Positions 45,367 to 54,675 of a stretch of 63,733 nucleotides of DNA are shown here, in pieces. The notes beneath the pieces are model-generated. The model saw nothing but the letters and a program-made list of their open reading frames with translations. It was not told where the DNA came from and ran no database searches. Origin of the DNA: a virus (lineage: Duplodnaviria > Caudoviricetes); the IMG/VR virus record IMGVR_UViG_3300032722_000019, positions 1 to 63,733 of that record. One strand, written 5' to 3'. A program made the position numbers and the translations under genes. Position 1 is the stretch's first letter, and each line of letters begins with the position of its first letter.

Positions 45367-45725
45367 AGGAATCAACGTCTCCCGCCCAGGCCGGCGCGAG
45401 CCTCGCCGAGGGACCCCGCGTGTGGGTGGTCTACGCCGACCGGCGCAAGGACATGACCACCGCCGAGAAGTACGGCCAGCTGACAGACATGTTCACCGGC
45501 CGGGTGGACTACTCCCGCGCCGTGGAGCACGCCCGCAAGATGCTGGCGCGCTACAAGCAGGGCGACCACATCCTGATCGTCGGCGACCCCGCGCTGTGCG
45601 GCATCGCCATGACGGTGGCCCTGGAGTACGCCCCGGTGGACGAGCAGGTGCTCTCCATCCTGCGCTGGGATCGCGACGAGCTGGAGTACCGGCCCGAGGT
45701 GTTCGACTTCAGCGACGACAACTAG
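45363..45725 (+). CDS. Conserved phage protein
   Basis: ATG 45363 coupled; AEKYG...DHILIVGDP...LRWDR. Confidence 0.6.
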   Translation: MKESTSPAQAGASLAEGPRVWVVYADRRKDMTTAEKYGQLTDMFTGRVDYSRAVEHARKMLARYKQGDHILIVGDPALCGIAMTVALEYAPVDEQVLSILRWDRDELEYRPEVFDFSDDN

Positions 45726-45736
45726 GAGCACATAGC

Positions 45737-46498
45737 ATGTCAGACTGGCAGGACAGTCTTACTCGCGGCAGGCAGAAGACGCCGCCGCGCATCGGCATCT
45801 ACGGGGGCCATGGCATCGGCAAGAGCACGCTGGCCAACAGGTTCCCTAACCCCATCTTCATGAGCACCGAGGACGGCCTGGACGCCATCGACCTCAACGC
45901 GGCCTTCCCCCGGGCGAGGACCTACGAGGACGTCCTCCAGAGCCTGGGCAAGCTGGCCAAGGAGCCACACGACTTCAAGACCGCGGTCCTGGACACCGCG
46001 GACTGGCTGGTGGAGCCCCTCATCACCCGCTATATCGAGGGTAAGCACGAGCCGAAGGACCTGGCCTACGGCAGGGGGGCGGTCCTGATCGCCGAGGAGT
46101 TCCGCAACGTGCTCACGGGCTTCGACGCCCTGCGCCGGAAGCGTGGGATGAACATCGTCATCATCGCCCACGCCGAGATCAGGCGGTTCGAGAACCCCAT
46201 GACCGAGCCCTACGACACCTACCGCCCCAAGCTCCCGGTGCGCTGCAACGCGCTCCTCCAGGAGTGGCTCGACGTCCTGGCCTTCGCCTCGTTCAAGGTC
46301 ATCGTCAAGAACACAGACGTGGGCTTCAACAACAAGGTCCGCCGCGGCGTGGGCACCGGAGACCGCCTCCTCCACCTGGTGGAGACGCCCGCCTACGTGG
46401 CCAAGAACCGCTACGATTTCGAGGACTCAGAGGTCGAGATGGCCTTCGAGAACCTCATCAAGTTCATCCCCATCGTGGGGCTGGAGAGCGCCCAGTAG
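45737..46498 (+). CDS. Sak4-like ssDNA annealing ATPase (AAA_24)
   Basis: Start ATG 45737; YGGHGIGKST, VLDT, IIAH and AKNR motifs; upstream of SSB and exonuclease. Confidence 0.85.
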   Translation: MSDWQDSLTRGRQKTPPRIGIYGGHGIGKSTLANRFPNPIFMSTEDGLDAIDLNAAFPRARTYEDVLQSLGKLAKEPHDFKTAVLDTADWLVEPLITRYIEGKHEPKDLAYGRGAVLIAEEFRNVLTGFDALRRKRGMNIVIIAHAEIRRFENPMTEPYDTYRPKLPVRCNALLQEWLDVLAFASFKVIVKNTDVGFNNKVRRGVGTGDRLLHLVETPAYVAKNRYDFEDSEVEMAFENLIKFIPIVGLESAQ

Positions 46499-46523
46499 GG
46501 CAGAGGCAAGGAGCATAGCAGAG

Positions 46524-46757
46524 ATGAAAACCGCAAGCACCATTAGCATCGACCTCGGGGGTCTCCAGCAGGACCACCGGAAGGCCAAGGCGGCCCTGGC
46601 GGCCGCCCAGGCGACCTGGACCGCGGCGGCCCGCAAGGTCGAGCTGGCCTGTGCGGCCGCCGACCGCGCTAGGGCGAAGGTCGACGAGCAGAAGAGCAAC
46701 GTCGAGAAGGCGCGCGTCGCCATGCTCGAGGGCGCCCGCACCGCGGCCAACAACTAG
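46524..46757 (+). CDS. Small coiled-coil protein
   Basis: RBS AAGGAG; Ala/Lys-rich. Confidence 0.55.
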   Translation: MKTASTISIDLGGLQQDHRKAKAALAAAQATWTAAARKVELACAAADRARAKVDEQKSNVEKARVAMLEGARTAANN

Positions 46758-46810
46758 GGCCGCGGACAGCAGACTACCAACCCCAAACCGTCAAGTAGAG
46801 GAATAGGCAG

Positions 46811-47344
46811 ATGAGCAAGTTCGGCTTCGACCCGGCGGAGTACGCCGACCCGGTCAACAACTTCAATCCGGTGCCCCCGGGCGACTACATCCTCAAGGCC
46901 CTGGAGGCCGAGGAGATGAGCACCCGGGCCGGCGACGGCCAGTACATCAAGGTGAAGTTCGAGGTGTCGCGCGGCGAGCTCAAGGGCCGCAAGATCTTCA
47001 TGAACTTCAACGTGGTCAACCCCAACGAGACCGCCCAGCGCATCGGCCGCGAGCAGCTGGCGGCCTGGGCCCGGGCCTGCGGCAAGCCCAAGGCTAACGA
47101 CACCGACCAGCTCCTAGAGGTCGAGTTCCAGGCCAAGGTCGGCATCGAGAAAGGCAAGGGCGAGTACCTCGGACGGGACAACAACCGCATTAACGAGTTC
47201 GTGCCCAAGGAGGGCGTCCAGGCTCCGGCGCAGACCACGGCCAAGGAGGGTACCCAGGCCCCCTCGACCAAGGCCGCTGACAAGACCCCGCCGGCCGGCA
47301 AGTCCCAGCAGGCCGCGGCCACCAAGAACCCCTGGGACGACTAG
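46811..47344 (+). CDS. Single-stranded DNA-binding protein (DUF669-like)
   Basis: PVPPGDY, GRKIF.NFN motifs; C-terminal PWDD tail. Confidence 0.8.
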   Translation: MSKFGFDPAEYADPVNNFNPVPPGDYILKALEAEEMSTRAGDGQYIKVKFEVSRGELKGRKIFMNFNVVNPNETAQRIGREQLAAWARACGKPKANDTDQLLEVEFQAKVGIEKGKGEYLGRDNNRINEFVPKEGVQAPAQTTAKEGTQAPSTKAADKTPPAGKSQQAAATKNPWDD

Positions 47345-47352
47345 GGCCGCCC

Positions 47353-48231
47353 GTGGCGACCATCCCCTACCGGGTGGAGGACCAGCTGTCGGACCTCATC
47401 TACGAGGCCCGGCAGCGAGAGGAGGCGGCGAAGCGCAGCCGGCGGGGCATCAGCCTCGCCCGGCTGGGCTCCTCCACCATCGGCCACCCCTGCGTGAGGT
47501 ACGTCTACCTGGACTGGCGGGCCCACGCCCGCGCGCCCCAGGTGGACGGCCGTGTCCAGGCCATCTTCGACACCGGCCACTTGCTGGAGGCCCGGACGCT
47601 GGACGACCTCGGCCGCGCCGGCCTGGAGGTCTGGGCAGTCGACGCCAAGATCGGCAAGCAGTTCGAGTGGTTGGACGAAACGGGGCACTTCGTCTGCAAG
47701 CCCGACGGCGTGGTCAAGGGCCTGCCCTGGGACCCCAAGACCCCGCACAGCCTCGAGATCAAGAGCCACAACCTGAAGAACTTCGGGGCCATCGCCAAGG
47801 AGCAGAGCCTGGCCAAGGCCAACCAGGGTCACTACGTCCAGTGCCAGTCTGGCATGTGGCTGAGCGGCCTGGGGAAGTGCCTCTACGTCGCGCGCTGCAA
47901 GAACGACGAGCGGTACTATTTCGAGACCGTGGTGCGCAACGACAAAGCCATCGCCTGGATCGCCGATCGAGTGGGGAGCCTCTACCGCACCGAGGTGACC
48001 CCGGCGGGCATCAGCGCGGACGCCAGCGCCTTCCTGTGCACGGCCTACGGCGGCTGCGACCAGCGCGGCCCCTGCCTGGGCGGCCAGCCGCTCAAGAATT
48101 GCCGCACCTGCCAGAAGTGCGAGCCGGGGCCCGAGGGCAGCTGGCTGTGCGGCCTCTGGGAGAAGAGCCTGACCTGGGACGAGCAGCGGGCGGCCTGCGA
48201 AGAGTACAGGCCGCACACAGTGGGGAAGTAG
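47353..48231 (+). CDS. PD-(D/E)XK exonuclease with Cys clusters
   Basis: LGSS.IG.PC.R, PDG, LEIKS and HY.QCQ motifs. Confidence 0.8.
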   Translation: MATIPYRVEDQLSDLIYEARQREEAAKRSRRGISLARLGSSTIGHPCVRYVYLDWRAHARAPQVDGRVQAIFDTGHLLEARTLDDLGRAGLEVWAVDAKIGKQFEWLDETGHFVCKPDGVVKGLPWDPKTPHSLEIKSHNLKNFGAIAKEQSLAKANQGHYVQCQSGMWLSGLGKCLYVARCKNDERYYFETVVRNDKAIAWIADRVGSLYRTEVTPAGISADASAFLCTAYGGCDQRGPCLGGQPLKNCRTCQKCEPGPEGSWLCGLWEKSLTWDEQRAACEEYRPHTVGK

Positions 48232-48232
48232 C

Positions 48233-48625
48233 ATGAAGGAATACTTGGATCAGTGGACCCTCGGGCAATTGATCGACGCCCTGGAGGCCGTCGGCGACAA
48301 GGCGAACGCCTGCCGCTTTGACTTCTGCCACGCCGTTCCCGGAAAGCTCGACAGCTATCGGGGATACTACGAGGACCTGGCGCTGGGCTGGGAACCGCAG
48401 ACAAATTATCCAGAGCCGACCGTGGCGCACGTTCTGGACACTCTGAAGAAGCAGATCGGAACCACCGTTCACGGCTACAAGGGGGGTGACTACGTCGTCT
48501 CGCGCGATCAGACAGTCTATGTGGCCAACTACGGAGAGACTGGCTCCACCGGCATCGTCGGAGTCGACAGCACCTATACGACCGTCATCCGAACGGTCTG
48601 CACAGACCCGGCACCCGACCGATGA
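48233..48625 (+). CDS. Conserved phage protein
   Basis: TLGQLI, SYRGYY.DLA and GYKGG motifs. Confidence 0.65.
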   Translation: MKEYLDQWTLGQLIDALEAVGDKANACRFDFCHAVPGKLDSYRGYYEDLALGWEPQTNYPEPTVAHVLDTLKKQIGTTVHGYKGGDYVVSRDQTVYVANYGETGSTGIVGVDSTYTTVIRTVCTDPAPDR

Positions 48626-49110
48626 TACCGGACGGCCGCGCCGTGATCATCGGCATGAACAACGAGGACGGCGGGGAGGCGCTCGCGCTGCACCCCGCCA
48701 CGCGCGCCGGGGCCCGATTGCTGAAGTTCTCCGGGATGACCCGCGACGAGATGATAGCGGGCTTCCAGCGAGTCAACCTCCTGTACGCCCAGTCCTGGGT
48801 CATGACGGAGGCCCGCCGCGCCGCCGACCGGCTGATGGAGCACCTGGGCGGCCGCACCTGCGTGGTGCTGGGCCGAGACGCGTGGCGCGCGCTGGGGCTC
48901 CCCCACCAGGCCAGGTTCTGGGAGCGGCACACGCACCGCTTTGTGGCCGGCTTCCCGCCGGCCGAGACCGAGGCGTGCTTCTACTCCATCCCGCACCCCT
49001 CGGGGCTGAACCACTACTACAACCGCAGAGACAACCAGAAGAAGGCCGCAGAGGTGCTCTACGACGCCCTGCGCCGCAGCAAGGAGAAGTCAGTTGTCAG
49101 CCACGCCTAG
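48622..49110 (+). CDS. Uracil-DNA glycosylase-fold protein (divergent)
   Basis: IIGMN, AGARL, VNL, VVLGR and IPHPSGLN motifs. Confidence 0.55.
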   Translation: MIPDGRAVIIGMNNEDGGEALALHPATRAGARLLKFSGMTRDEMIAGFQRVNLLYAQSWVMTEARRAADRLMEHLGGRTCVVLGRDAWRALGLPHQARFWERHTHRFVAGFPPAETEACFYSIPHPSGLNHYYNRRDNQKKAAEVLYDALRRSKEKSVVSHA

Positions 49111-49624
49111 AGAGAACCTGAACCCGGACGAGATCCGGGACTACGCCCGCGAGCAGCTTAAGAAGAACCCGGACGACATCCTGGCCTGGCTGCAGTACAT
49201 GCTGGACATGACCCACGCCGACCGGGAGGAGGGCTTCCGGGTCGGGGACCACGTCGCGGCCAACCGGCACGACGCCCTGGTCCAGAAGTTCGCCGCAGCC
49301 GTCCAGGAGATGAGCCGCCTACGCCAGCACAACCAGGTGACCGTCCAGGCCCTAATGAACACGGTGGAAATCAGCCTGCGCAACGCCAAGGCCCCGCCCT
49401 GGAGAGCCACGCACCTCCACTACAAGGGCACGGCCTACCGAGTCCTCTCCATGAAGGTCCTCAACGCCGAGGAGACCGAGGCCTTCCCAGCGGTGGTCTA
49501 CGACAACGAGCAGGGCCAGGTTTACACGCTCTCTAAGGAGAAGTGGGAGAGCCGGCTGGAGAGTGGTCGGCTGCGCTACGAGCCCCTGATCCCGGAGCGA
49601 GACCTGACGACCCTGCCGCGCTAG
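49094..49624 (+). CDS. Protein with C-terminal DUF1653-like domain
   Basis: HYKGTAYRV...AVVY. Confidence 0.55.
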   Translation: MSATPRENLNPDEIRDYAREQLKKNPDDILAWLQYMLDMTHADREEGFRVGDHVAANRHDALVQKFAAAVQEMSRLRQHNQVTVQALMNTVEISLRNAKAPPWRATHLHYKGTAYRVLSMKVLNAEETEAFPAVVYDNEQGQVYTLSKEKWESRLESGRLRYEPLIPERDLTTLPR

Positions 49625-49684
49625 AATTTATTTTGACCCCGAAGTAACTTCCCGCTTGACTTCCCCGGGGAGGGGGCCCAAGAT
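49625..49684 (+). promoter_or_regulatory. Promoter
   Basis: AT-rich tract, TAACTTCCCGC motif, TTGACT-17 nt-CAAGAT. Confidence 0.6.
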
Positions 49685-49717
49685 GTCCCTCATAGCATCA
49701 TAGCAGGAGACTTTCCG

Positions 49718-49909
49718 ATGTTCAATCAACTCCTCCACCTGATCGCCCTCGAGTACGCCTATCAGGGTCGCATGCGCGCCCATGGCGGCAACGGCGCGGG
49801 CGCGACCTACAAGACCAGCCGCAGAGAGTTTCTGAAGCTGAAGTGGGTTCAGAAAGCTCCTTGGCTCCAGCTGGGTGGTCCGGCCCCGTACGCTTTTCAG
49901 GAGCGCTGA
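49718..49909 (+). CDS. Hypothetical protein
   Basis: RBS AGGAG after promoter. Confidence 0.55.
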   Translation: MFNQLLHLIALEYAYQGRMRAHGGNGAGATYKTSRREFLKLKWVQKAPWLQLGGPAPYAFQER

Positions 49910-49911
49910 GA

Positions 49912-51540
49912 ATGGCCTCCCTCTCCGGCATCACCAGCGGTCCCGCCAGGCAGCCCCGCCGCCCGCTCCCCGAGTTCGACTTCGGCCGCCGGCCCTCCGA
50001 GCTCCAGGCAGGCTTCTTCGACTACGTGTTCAACGGGGAGGGCAACGCGGTCCTCAAGGCCGTCGCGGGCTCGGGCAAGAGCACCAGTCTGGTCTGGGCG
50101 CTGGCCTACATCCCAGAGAGCGCCTTCGTCACCATCCTCGCGTTCAGCGCCAAGATCGCGCCAGAGCTCAAGGAGAAGGTGGCCGAGCTCGGCCGGCGGA
50201 TCGGCCGGCCCTTCAAGCGCGTCTCCGTCAAGACCTTCCACTCCCTCGGCTTCGGCGCGGTGCTGCGCAAGATCGGCAAGGGCTACGGCGAGTGCGAGCC
50301 CGACGACCGCAAACTGCGCAAGCTCTTCTTCGCCAAGTTCGGCCCCGAGGCGGACGCCCTCTACGGCTCGTTCGTGGCCGACCTGGTGTCTCTCGGCAAG
50401 GGCCAGGGCATCGGCACCCACCTCTGCGAGGACACGCCCGCGGCCTGGGAGGCACTGGTGGACCACCACGCGCTGTTCCTGGACAGCGAGGAGGCCGACG
50501 AGTGGACGGCCATCAAGTTCGCCCACCGCCTCCTGATGCTCTCCAACGAGGCCGCCCTGCGCGGAGAGCTGGACTTCGACGACATGATCTATCTACCGGT
50601 CCTCTGGCGGCTGAGCATCTGGAAGAACGACTGGGTGTTCGTGGACGAGGCCCAGGACACCAACCCCTGCCGGCGCGAGCTTGCCCGCATGACCCTGCAG
50701 CCCTGGGGCCGCCTGGTGGCGGTGGGCGACGATGCCCAGGCCATCTTCGGCTTCACGGGGGCCTCGCACGACGCCCTGGACCAAATCAGGGAGGACTTCG
50801 GGGCCCGGGAGCTCCCGCTGACCGTGAGCTACCGCTGCCCGAAGATAGCCGAGACCCTGGTCCGGGCCATCCCGATGATCGACAATGGGTTCACGGTCTG
50901 GGAGGGGGCCCCGGCCGGCGTCGTGGAGCACCTCTCGGAGAAGGAGGCCCTCGCCAAGCTGGGGCCTAGGGACGCGGTCCTCTGCCGCAACACCGCCCCC
51001 CTGGTCAACCTCGCGTTCAGGCTCATCTCGGCCGGGCGCGGGTGCGTGATCCTGGGCCGCGACATCGGCAAGAGCCTCCGGGAACTCGTGGAGAAGCAGA
51101 GCGTCGCCACCATCAAGGGTCTGGAGGGCAAGCTGGAGGCCTACCGCGCCCGGGAGGTCAAGCACCTTACCAAGAAGGGCAAGGAGGGCCGGCTAGTCAG
51201 CTGGGAGAAGAAGATCGCTGCCGTCCACGACCGCGTAGACAGCCTGATGAGCATCTGCCGCGGCCTGCCCGAGGGCGAGCGGACTGTCCAGGGCCTGCTG
51301 CTCCGCCTAGACACTATGTTCCGGGACGACGGCCGGGGCGTGCTGACTCTCTGCACGATGCACAAGGCCAAGGGCCTGGAGTGGCCGCGCGTGGCCATCC
51401 TGCAGCCGGAGCTCATCCCCAGTCCGTTCGCCCGGCGCGAGCACCAGCTGCGCCAGGAGTACAACCTGCGCTACGTGGGGGAGACCCGCTTCCAGCAGGA
51501 GCTCTACTTCATCAAGGCCGAGGAGCAGGGCAATGGCTGA
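49912..51540 (+). CDS. UvrD/Rep-like SF1 helicase
   Basis: Start ATG 49912; AVAGSGKST, VDEAQD, VGD..QAI, SYRCP and TMHKAKGLEW motifs. Confidence 0.9.
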   Translation: MASLSGITSGPARQPRRPLPEFDFGRRPSELQAGFFDYVFNGEGNAVLKAVAGSGKSTSLVWALAYIPESAFVTILAFSAKIAPELKEKVAELGRRIGRPFKRVSVKTFHSLGFGAVLRKIGKGYGECEPDDRKLRKLFFAKFGPEADALYGSFVADLVSLGKGQGIGTHLCEDTPAAWEALVDHHALFLDSEEADEWTAIKFAHRLLMLSNEAALRGELDFDDMIYLPVLWRLSIWKNDWVFVDEAQDTNPCRRELARMTLQPWGRLVAVGDDAQAIFGFTGASHDALDQIREDFGARELPLTVSYRCPKIAETLVRAIPMIDNGFTVWEGAPAGVVEHLSEKEALAKLGPRDAVLCRNTAPLVNLAFRLISAGRGCVILGRDIGKSLRELVEKQSVATIKGLEGKLEAYRAREVKHLTKKGKEGRLVSWEKKIAAVHDRVDSLMSICRGLPEGERTVQGLLLRLDTMFRDDGRGVLTLCTMHKAKGLEWPRVAILQPELIPSPFARREHQLRQEYNLRYVGETRFQQELYFIKAEEQGNG

Positions 51541-51742
51541 CGCAGAGAACGAGATTGTCGAATTCGGCTGGGAGCCCGGCGCAAGCGGGCGTTTCTACAT
51601 CCTGACCGGCCCTCGTCGCCGCAAGCACATCGTGCCCGATGAAATGCGCCTTAGCCTGAGCGCGCATCGCATCGACCTGGGCGCGGACTATCCTTTCATC
51701 GACGATGCCGAAGGCGTCGCCATCAAGCCCAAGGTGAACTGA
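51533..51742 (+). CDS. Hypothetical protein
   Basis: RBS GAGGAG; in operon. Confidence 0.5.
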   Translation: MADAENEIVEFGWEPGASGRFYILTGPRRRKHIVPDEMRLSLSAHRIDLGADYPFIDDAEGVAIKPKVN

Positions 51743-51743
51743 C

Positions 51744-52094
51744 ATGACCGACACAGAGGGCGGGAAGATGCTGACGGATGAGCGCATCGCAGAAACAATT
51801 GAGATTGCTCGCCGTACAGCGGCCAACCCGAAAGCATCCGGCTTAGAAGAAAATCTCGCGCTTGCGGTAATTTTTCTCGCAAACTGCCGCGCCCAGCCAG
51901 CACCAGAGGAGGTGCGTGCGCAAATAAAAGAGGAGTGCGCGAAGGTTTGCGATGCGTATGCCGAATGGGCACATGAAGAATTGAAGACATGCCCAGATTT
52001 CGTTCGTCAGTCCCGCATCAACTTCGCCTCCGCCGGAATCGCATTGGGGGCCCGCATCCGCGCCCTAGGAGCAAAGCCGGAGATGAAGTTATGA
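51744..52094 (+). CDS. Hypothetical protein with atypical codon use
   Basis: EECAKVCD...IRAL motif common in phages; visibly more A/T at third positions. Confidence 0.55.
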   Translation: MTDTEGGKMLTDERIAETIEIARRTAANPKASGLEENLALAVIFLANCRAQPAPEEVRAQIKEECAKVCDAYAEWAHEELKTCPDFVRQSRINFASAGIALGARIRALGAKPEMKL

Positions 52095-52615
52095 GCCACG
52101 ACCGAGGGTGCCCCTGCGGCCGGGAGCCGTACGAGTACGAGGACTGCACGAACGAAGTCTGCTGGAAGAGGCCCGGCGGCCCCCGTATCCACCAGGCACC
52201 GTCCCCGATCATGGACCCAGAGACGCCCGTGCAACCGGGCAGTGTGGGAGCGCCTGAATCAAGCGCCCCAGGGGGCGGCCTAGGCTGCGACCGAGCGCAT
52301 CGGCAAAAAGGCGCGCAGGTGCCGAGGGCCACAGCCGCCCCCATTCCATCTCGGCCGATGCCGGACTACGCCACCGTCCCGGCCCGGCACATGATCCCGG
52401 GCATCTCGCTCTACCTGGAGAAGGGCGTCCCGCCGGGGAGCTTCCTCATGGCGCTTCTACAGAACGACCTGGCCGGCGCGGTGCGGACCGCAGACCACGT
52501 CAACCTAGTCTTGATGCGCGAGTGGGTCCTCTGGCTCCACAACAATCTGCCGGCCGAGTGCCACGGCTCTCCGGAGAGGGTGGAGGCCTGGTGCGACAAG
52601 CTGGAGGACACCTGA
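52091..52615 (+). CDS. Hypothetical protein
   Basis: ATG 52091 coupled; PPGSFL.ALLQNDL..A...AD motif. Confidence 0.6.
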   Translation: MSHDRGCPCGREPYEYEDCTNEVCWKRPGGPRIHQAPSPIMDPETPVQPGSVGAPESSAPGGGLGCDRAHRQKGAQVPRATAAPIPSRPMPDYATVPARHMIPGISLYLEKGVPPGSFLMALLQNDLAGAVRTADHVNLVLMREWVLWLHNNLPAECHGSPERVEAWCDKLEDT

Positions 52616-52617
52616 GT

Positions 52618-52809
52618 ATGAACGCGCTCTCCTACACGCGGCCGCTCTGGTCGTTCACCAGCCCGGTGGCGGTCAGCCTGCCGGCCCACAACCTGTCCCT
52701 GATCAGGGAACGCCTCCTGCGTGACGAGCTGGGGCGCAGACTGGTCCTCCTGGACCCCGCGGAGGCCGAGCGCCGACTCAAGGCTCGGGGCAGGGAGGAC
52801 GGACAGTGA
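52618..52809 (+). CDS. Hypothetical protein
   Basis: ATG 52618; coupled downstream. Confidence 0.45.
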   Translation: MNALSYTRPLWSFTSPVAVSLPAHNLSLIRERLLRDELGRRLVLLDPAEAERRLKARGREDGQ

Positions 52810-53066
52810 AGAACGAGGCGATGACCATCACCATCGAGGACCCCGCGCACCAGAGGCTCCGCCCTGGCGCGACGATCCGCGTCGGCAACAACGACGAGCT
52901 CAAGAGGGAGGGCCTGGGCACCATGCCGGGCCTCTGGGAAGTCACCTACGTCTACTCGGCCGAGCAGGGTAGGCAGAGGTACGACGTCGTGCCGGCGGCC
53001 ATCAATCGGCACCAGCTGAGGGCGAGGCTGAAGAAGATCGCCAAGGGCAACTTCAAGAGAGGATAG
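52806..53066 (+). CDS. Hypothetical protein
   Basis: RBS GGAGG; GTGA overlap. Confidence 0.5.
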   Translation: MKNEAMTITIEDPAHQRLRPGATIRVGNNDELKREGLGTMPGLWEVTYVYSAEQGRQRYDVVPAAINRHQLRARLKKIAKGNFKRG

Positions 53067-53070
53067 CAAC

Positions 53071-53325
53071 ATGGGACTCCTAGGAAGAGTAGTGATCGCG
53101 GCCGCGCTGTTCGGGCTGGGCTGGATGGCCGCCCGGGGAGACGTCAGCTGCAGGGTCTCCCCGGAGGCCCTCTCGCGGCTCAGGGACGCCGGGGCGGGCG
53201 TCCTGGACCAGGCGACGAGCTATGCTCACGGGCAGGACTGGGGACGCCGGGACGGCTCCCCCACGCCCCTGGGCCGGGACCTCGGCGGCTCGGCGGACCC
53301 CGCGAGCGGGAGGGCGCGTTGGTAG
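53071..53325 (+). CDS. Small membrane-anchored protein
   Basis: Hydrophobic N-terminus. Confidence 0.5.
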   Translation: MGLLGRVVIAAALFGLGWMAARGDVSCRVSPEALSRLRDAGAGVLDQATSYAHGQDWGRRDGSPTPLGRDLGGSADPASGRARW

Positions 53326-53519
53326 CCGTCATAGCCATGGCGATGTGCACGCACTTCGCCGGCTACTGGGACTGCCGCGCGATGCCGCAGCCCTTCCCCA
53401 CCGAGCAGATGTGTCTGGAGATGCTGGATGCGTATCGTTCTAGGACGAGTAACCCCAACATCTCCTACGTCTGCATGAAGCGCGAGAAGTGGGATGGCTG
53501 GGTCAGGGTGCCGGAGTAG
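53319..53519 (+). CDS. Small Cys-containing protein
   Basis: C...C...C...C pattern; RBS GGAGG. Confidence 0.45.
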   Translation: MVAVIAMAMCTHFAGYWDCRAMPQPFPTEQMCLEMLDAYRSRTSNPNISYVCMKREKWDGWVRVPE

Positions 53520-53528
53520 GAGGACGAC

Positions 53529-53921
53529 ATGACGCCGACGAGAGAAGAGCACGCCGAGGCAGAGATGCTGAGGCCGGCGCGAGCAGGCGAGCCCGGGGTC
53601 ACCCTGAGTCCTCCCGTCGCCATCCCCTCTTGGGCCCGGAGCGGAGATCTCATCTACACGGATGGTCCCAAGGCCGGCGTTCTGATCGACCACCACGCGC
53701 GGCCCGTTGACTGGCATGGCCGCCGGGCCCGACCCTGCTGGTTCGGGAGCTACGCCACCATGGCCTGCGCCATCATGAGCGGGCAGATCAGCTGCCCGTC
53801 AGAGGTCTCGGTCAGGCCGATCCCGGGCCGGTTGGAGCCCAGGGCGGAGGTGGGCTGGCTGGGCTACGCCGTTTTCCTCGCCCTGCTCGCCGCAGCCGCC
53901 ACCTGGCCTATCTGGAAATAG
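53529..53921 (+). CDS. Hypothetical protein with C-terminal TM helix
   Basis: RBS AGGAGG; last gene before terminator. Confidence 0.5.
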   Translation: MTPTREEHAEAEMLRPARAGEPGVTLSPPVAIPSWARSGDLIYTDGPKAGVLIDHHARPVDWHGRRARPCWFGSYATMACAIMSGQISCPSEVSVRPIPGRLEPRAEVGWLGYAVFLALLAAAATWPIWK

Positions 53922-53957
53922 AAAAGGCCCCCGGAGCTATCCGGGGGCCTTTCTTCT
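53922..53957. terminator. Bidirectional intrinsic terminator
   Basis: AAAAGGCCCCCGGA-GCTA-TCCGGGGGCCTTTCTT between converging operons. Confidence 0.85.
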
Positions 53958-53977
53958 ACCTGTCTTAGAGAGAACGG

Positions 53978-54478
53978 CTACTTGGCGGCGTACGCCCTCA
54001 GGCGGGCGTAGACGCGCGGCCCGGTCATGGAGGGCACCGCCGGCCGCGGCGCGGCGACGCCGAGCACGCCCAGGATGGCCGCGATCATCGGGACGATGGC
54101 CTGCAGGTCGGCCAGGACCGTCTGCAGAAGCGGCGGGAGGCCGCCGACGCCGCCCACCGCCGAGGCAATGGCGGTCACCGCCGAGGCGATCTGCTGGTAG
54201 ATCGACCCGGTGGTACTCGAGGTCGCCGAGGCCAGCGCGTTCGCGGCGGCCTGGAGGGAGGCCGCAGCGGTCTGAACGGCCGTCACGACGGCCGGCCCTA
54301 CGCCGAGGGCCGTCAGGTCCGGGACCAGGGCGAGGGCCGCCGCGGCCGCCGCCTGGGCATACTGTATCGCGGCCTGAGGAACCAGGCTCCCGATGGAATT
54401 GGTCCCGCAGGCCGAGAGGCCCAGTGCGGCGGAGCCCATCAGGGCCCCAACGAATAAGCGACGATTCACCTGGATCAA
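53978..54478 (-). CDS. Lipoprotein with twin-arginine-like signal (spanin candidate)
   Basis: NRRLF motif, lipobox LSAC, Ala-rich helices; start TTG 54478 or GTG 54469. Confidence 0.6.
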   Translation of the reverse strand: MIQVNRRLFVGALMGSAALGLSACGTNSIGSLVPQAAIQYAQAAAAAALALVPDLTALGVGPAVVTAVQTAAASLQAAANALASATSSTTGSIYQQIASAVTAIASAVGGVGGLPPLLQTVLADLQAIVPMIAAILGVLGVAAPRPAVPSMTGPRVYARLRAYAAK

Positions 54479-54663
54479 GACTGCTCTCCCTCGCTGACCG
54501 ACACCACCGCGGTGCCGATGACGTCCACGAGGGCGTCCCCGTGGGCCTCTAGGTACGACTTGATCGCACCCCTCTCGAACACGCTGGCCGCCGCGATCTG
54601 CGGGGTGGCCCAGTCGTTGAGGGCCTGCCGGGCGGCGGCCCTCTGTGCGTCTGTCAGTGCCAT
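54475..54663 (-). CDS. Hypothetical protein
   Basis: 62 aa, coupled to the lipoprotein gene. Confidence 0.5.
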   Translation of the reverse strand: MALTDAQRAAARQALNDWATPQIAAASVFERGAIKSYLEAHGDALVDVIGTAVVSVSEGEQS

Positions 54664-54675
54664 TCTTCTTCTCTT

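Noticed and set aside
47353-48231. Cas4-like nuclease as evidence of a CRISPR system
   Set aside because: It lies in a Sak4-SSB-exonuclease recombination module, with no other cas genes or array.
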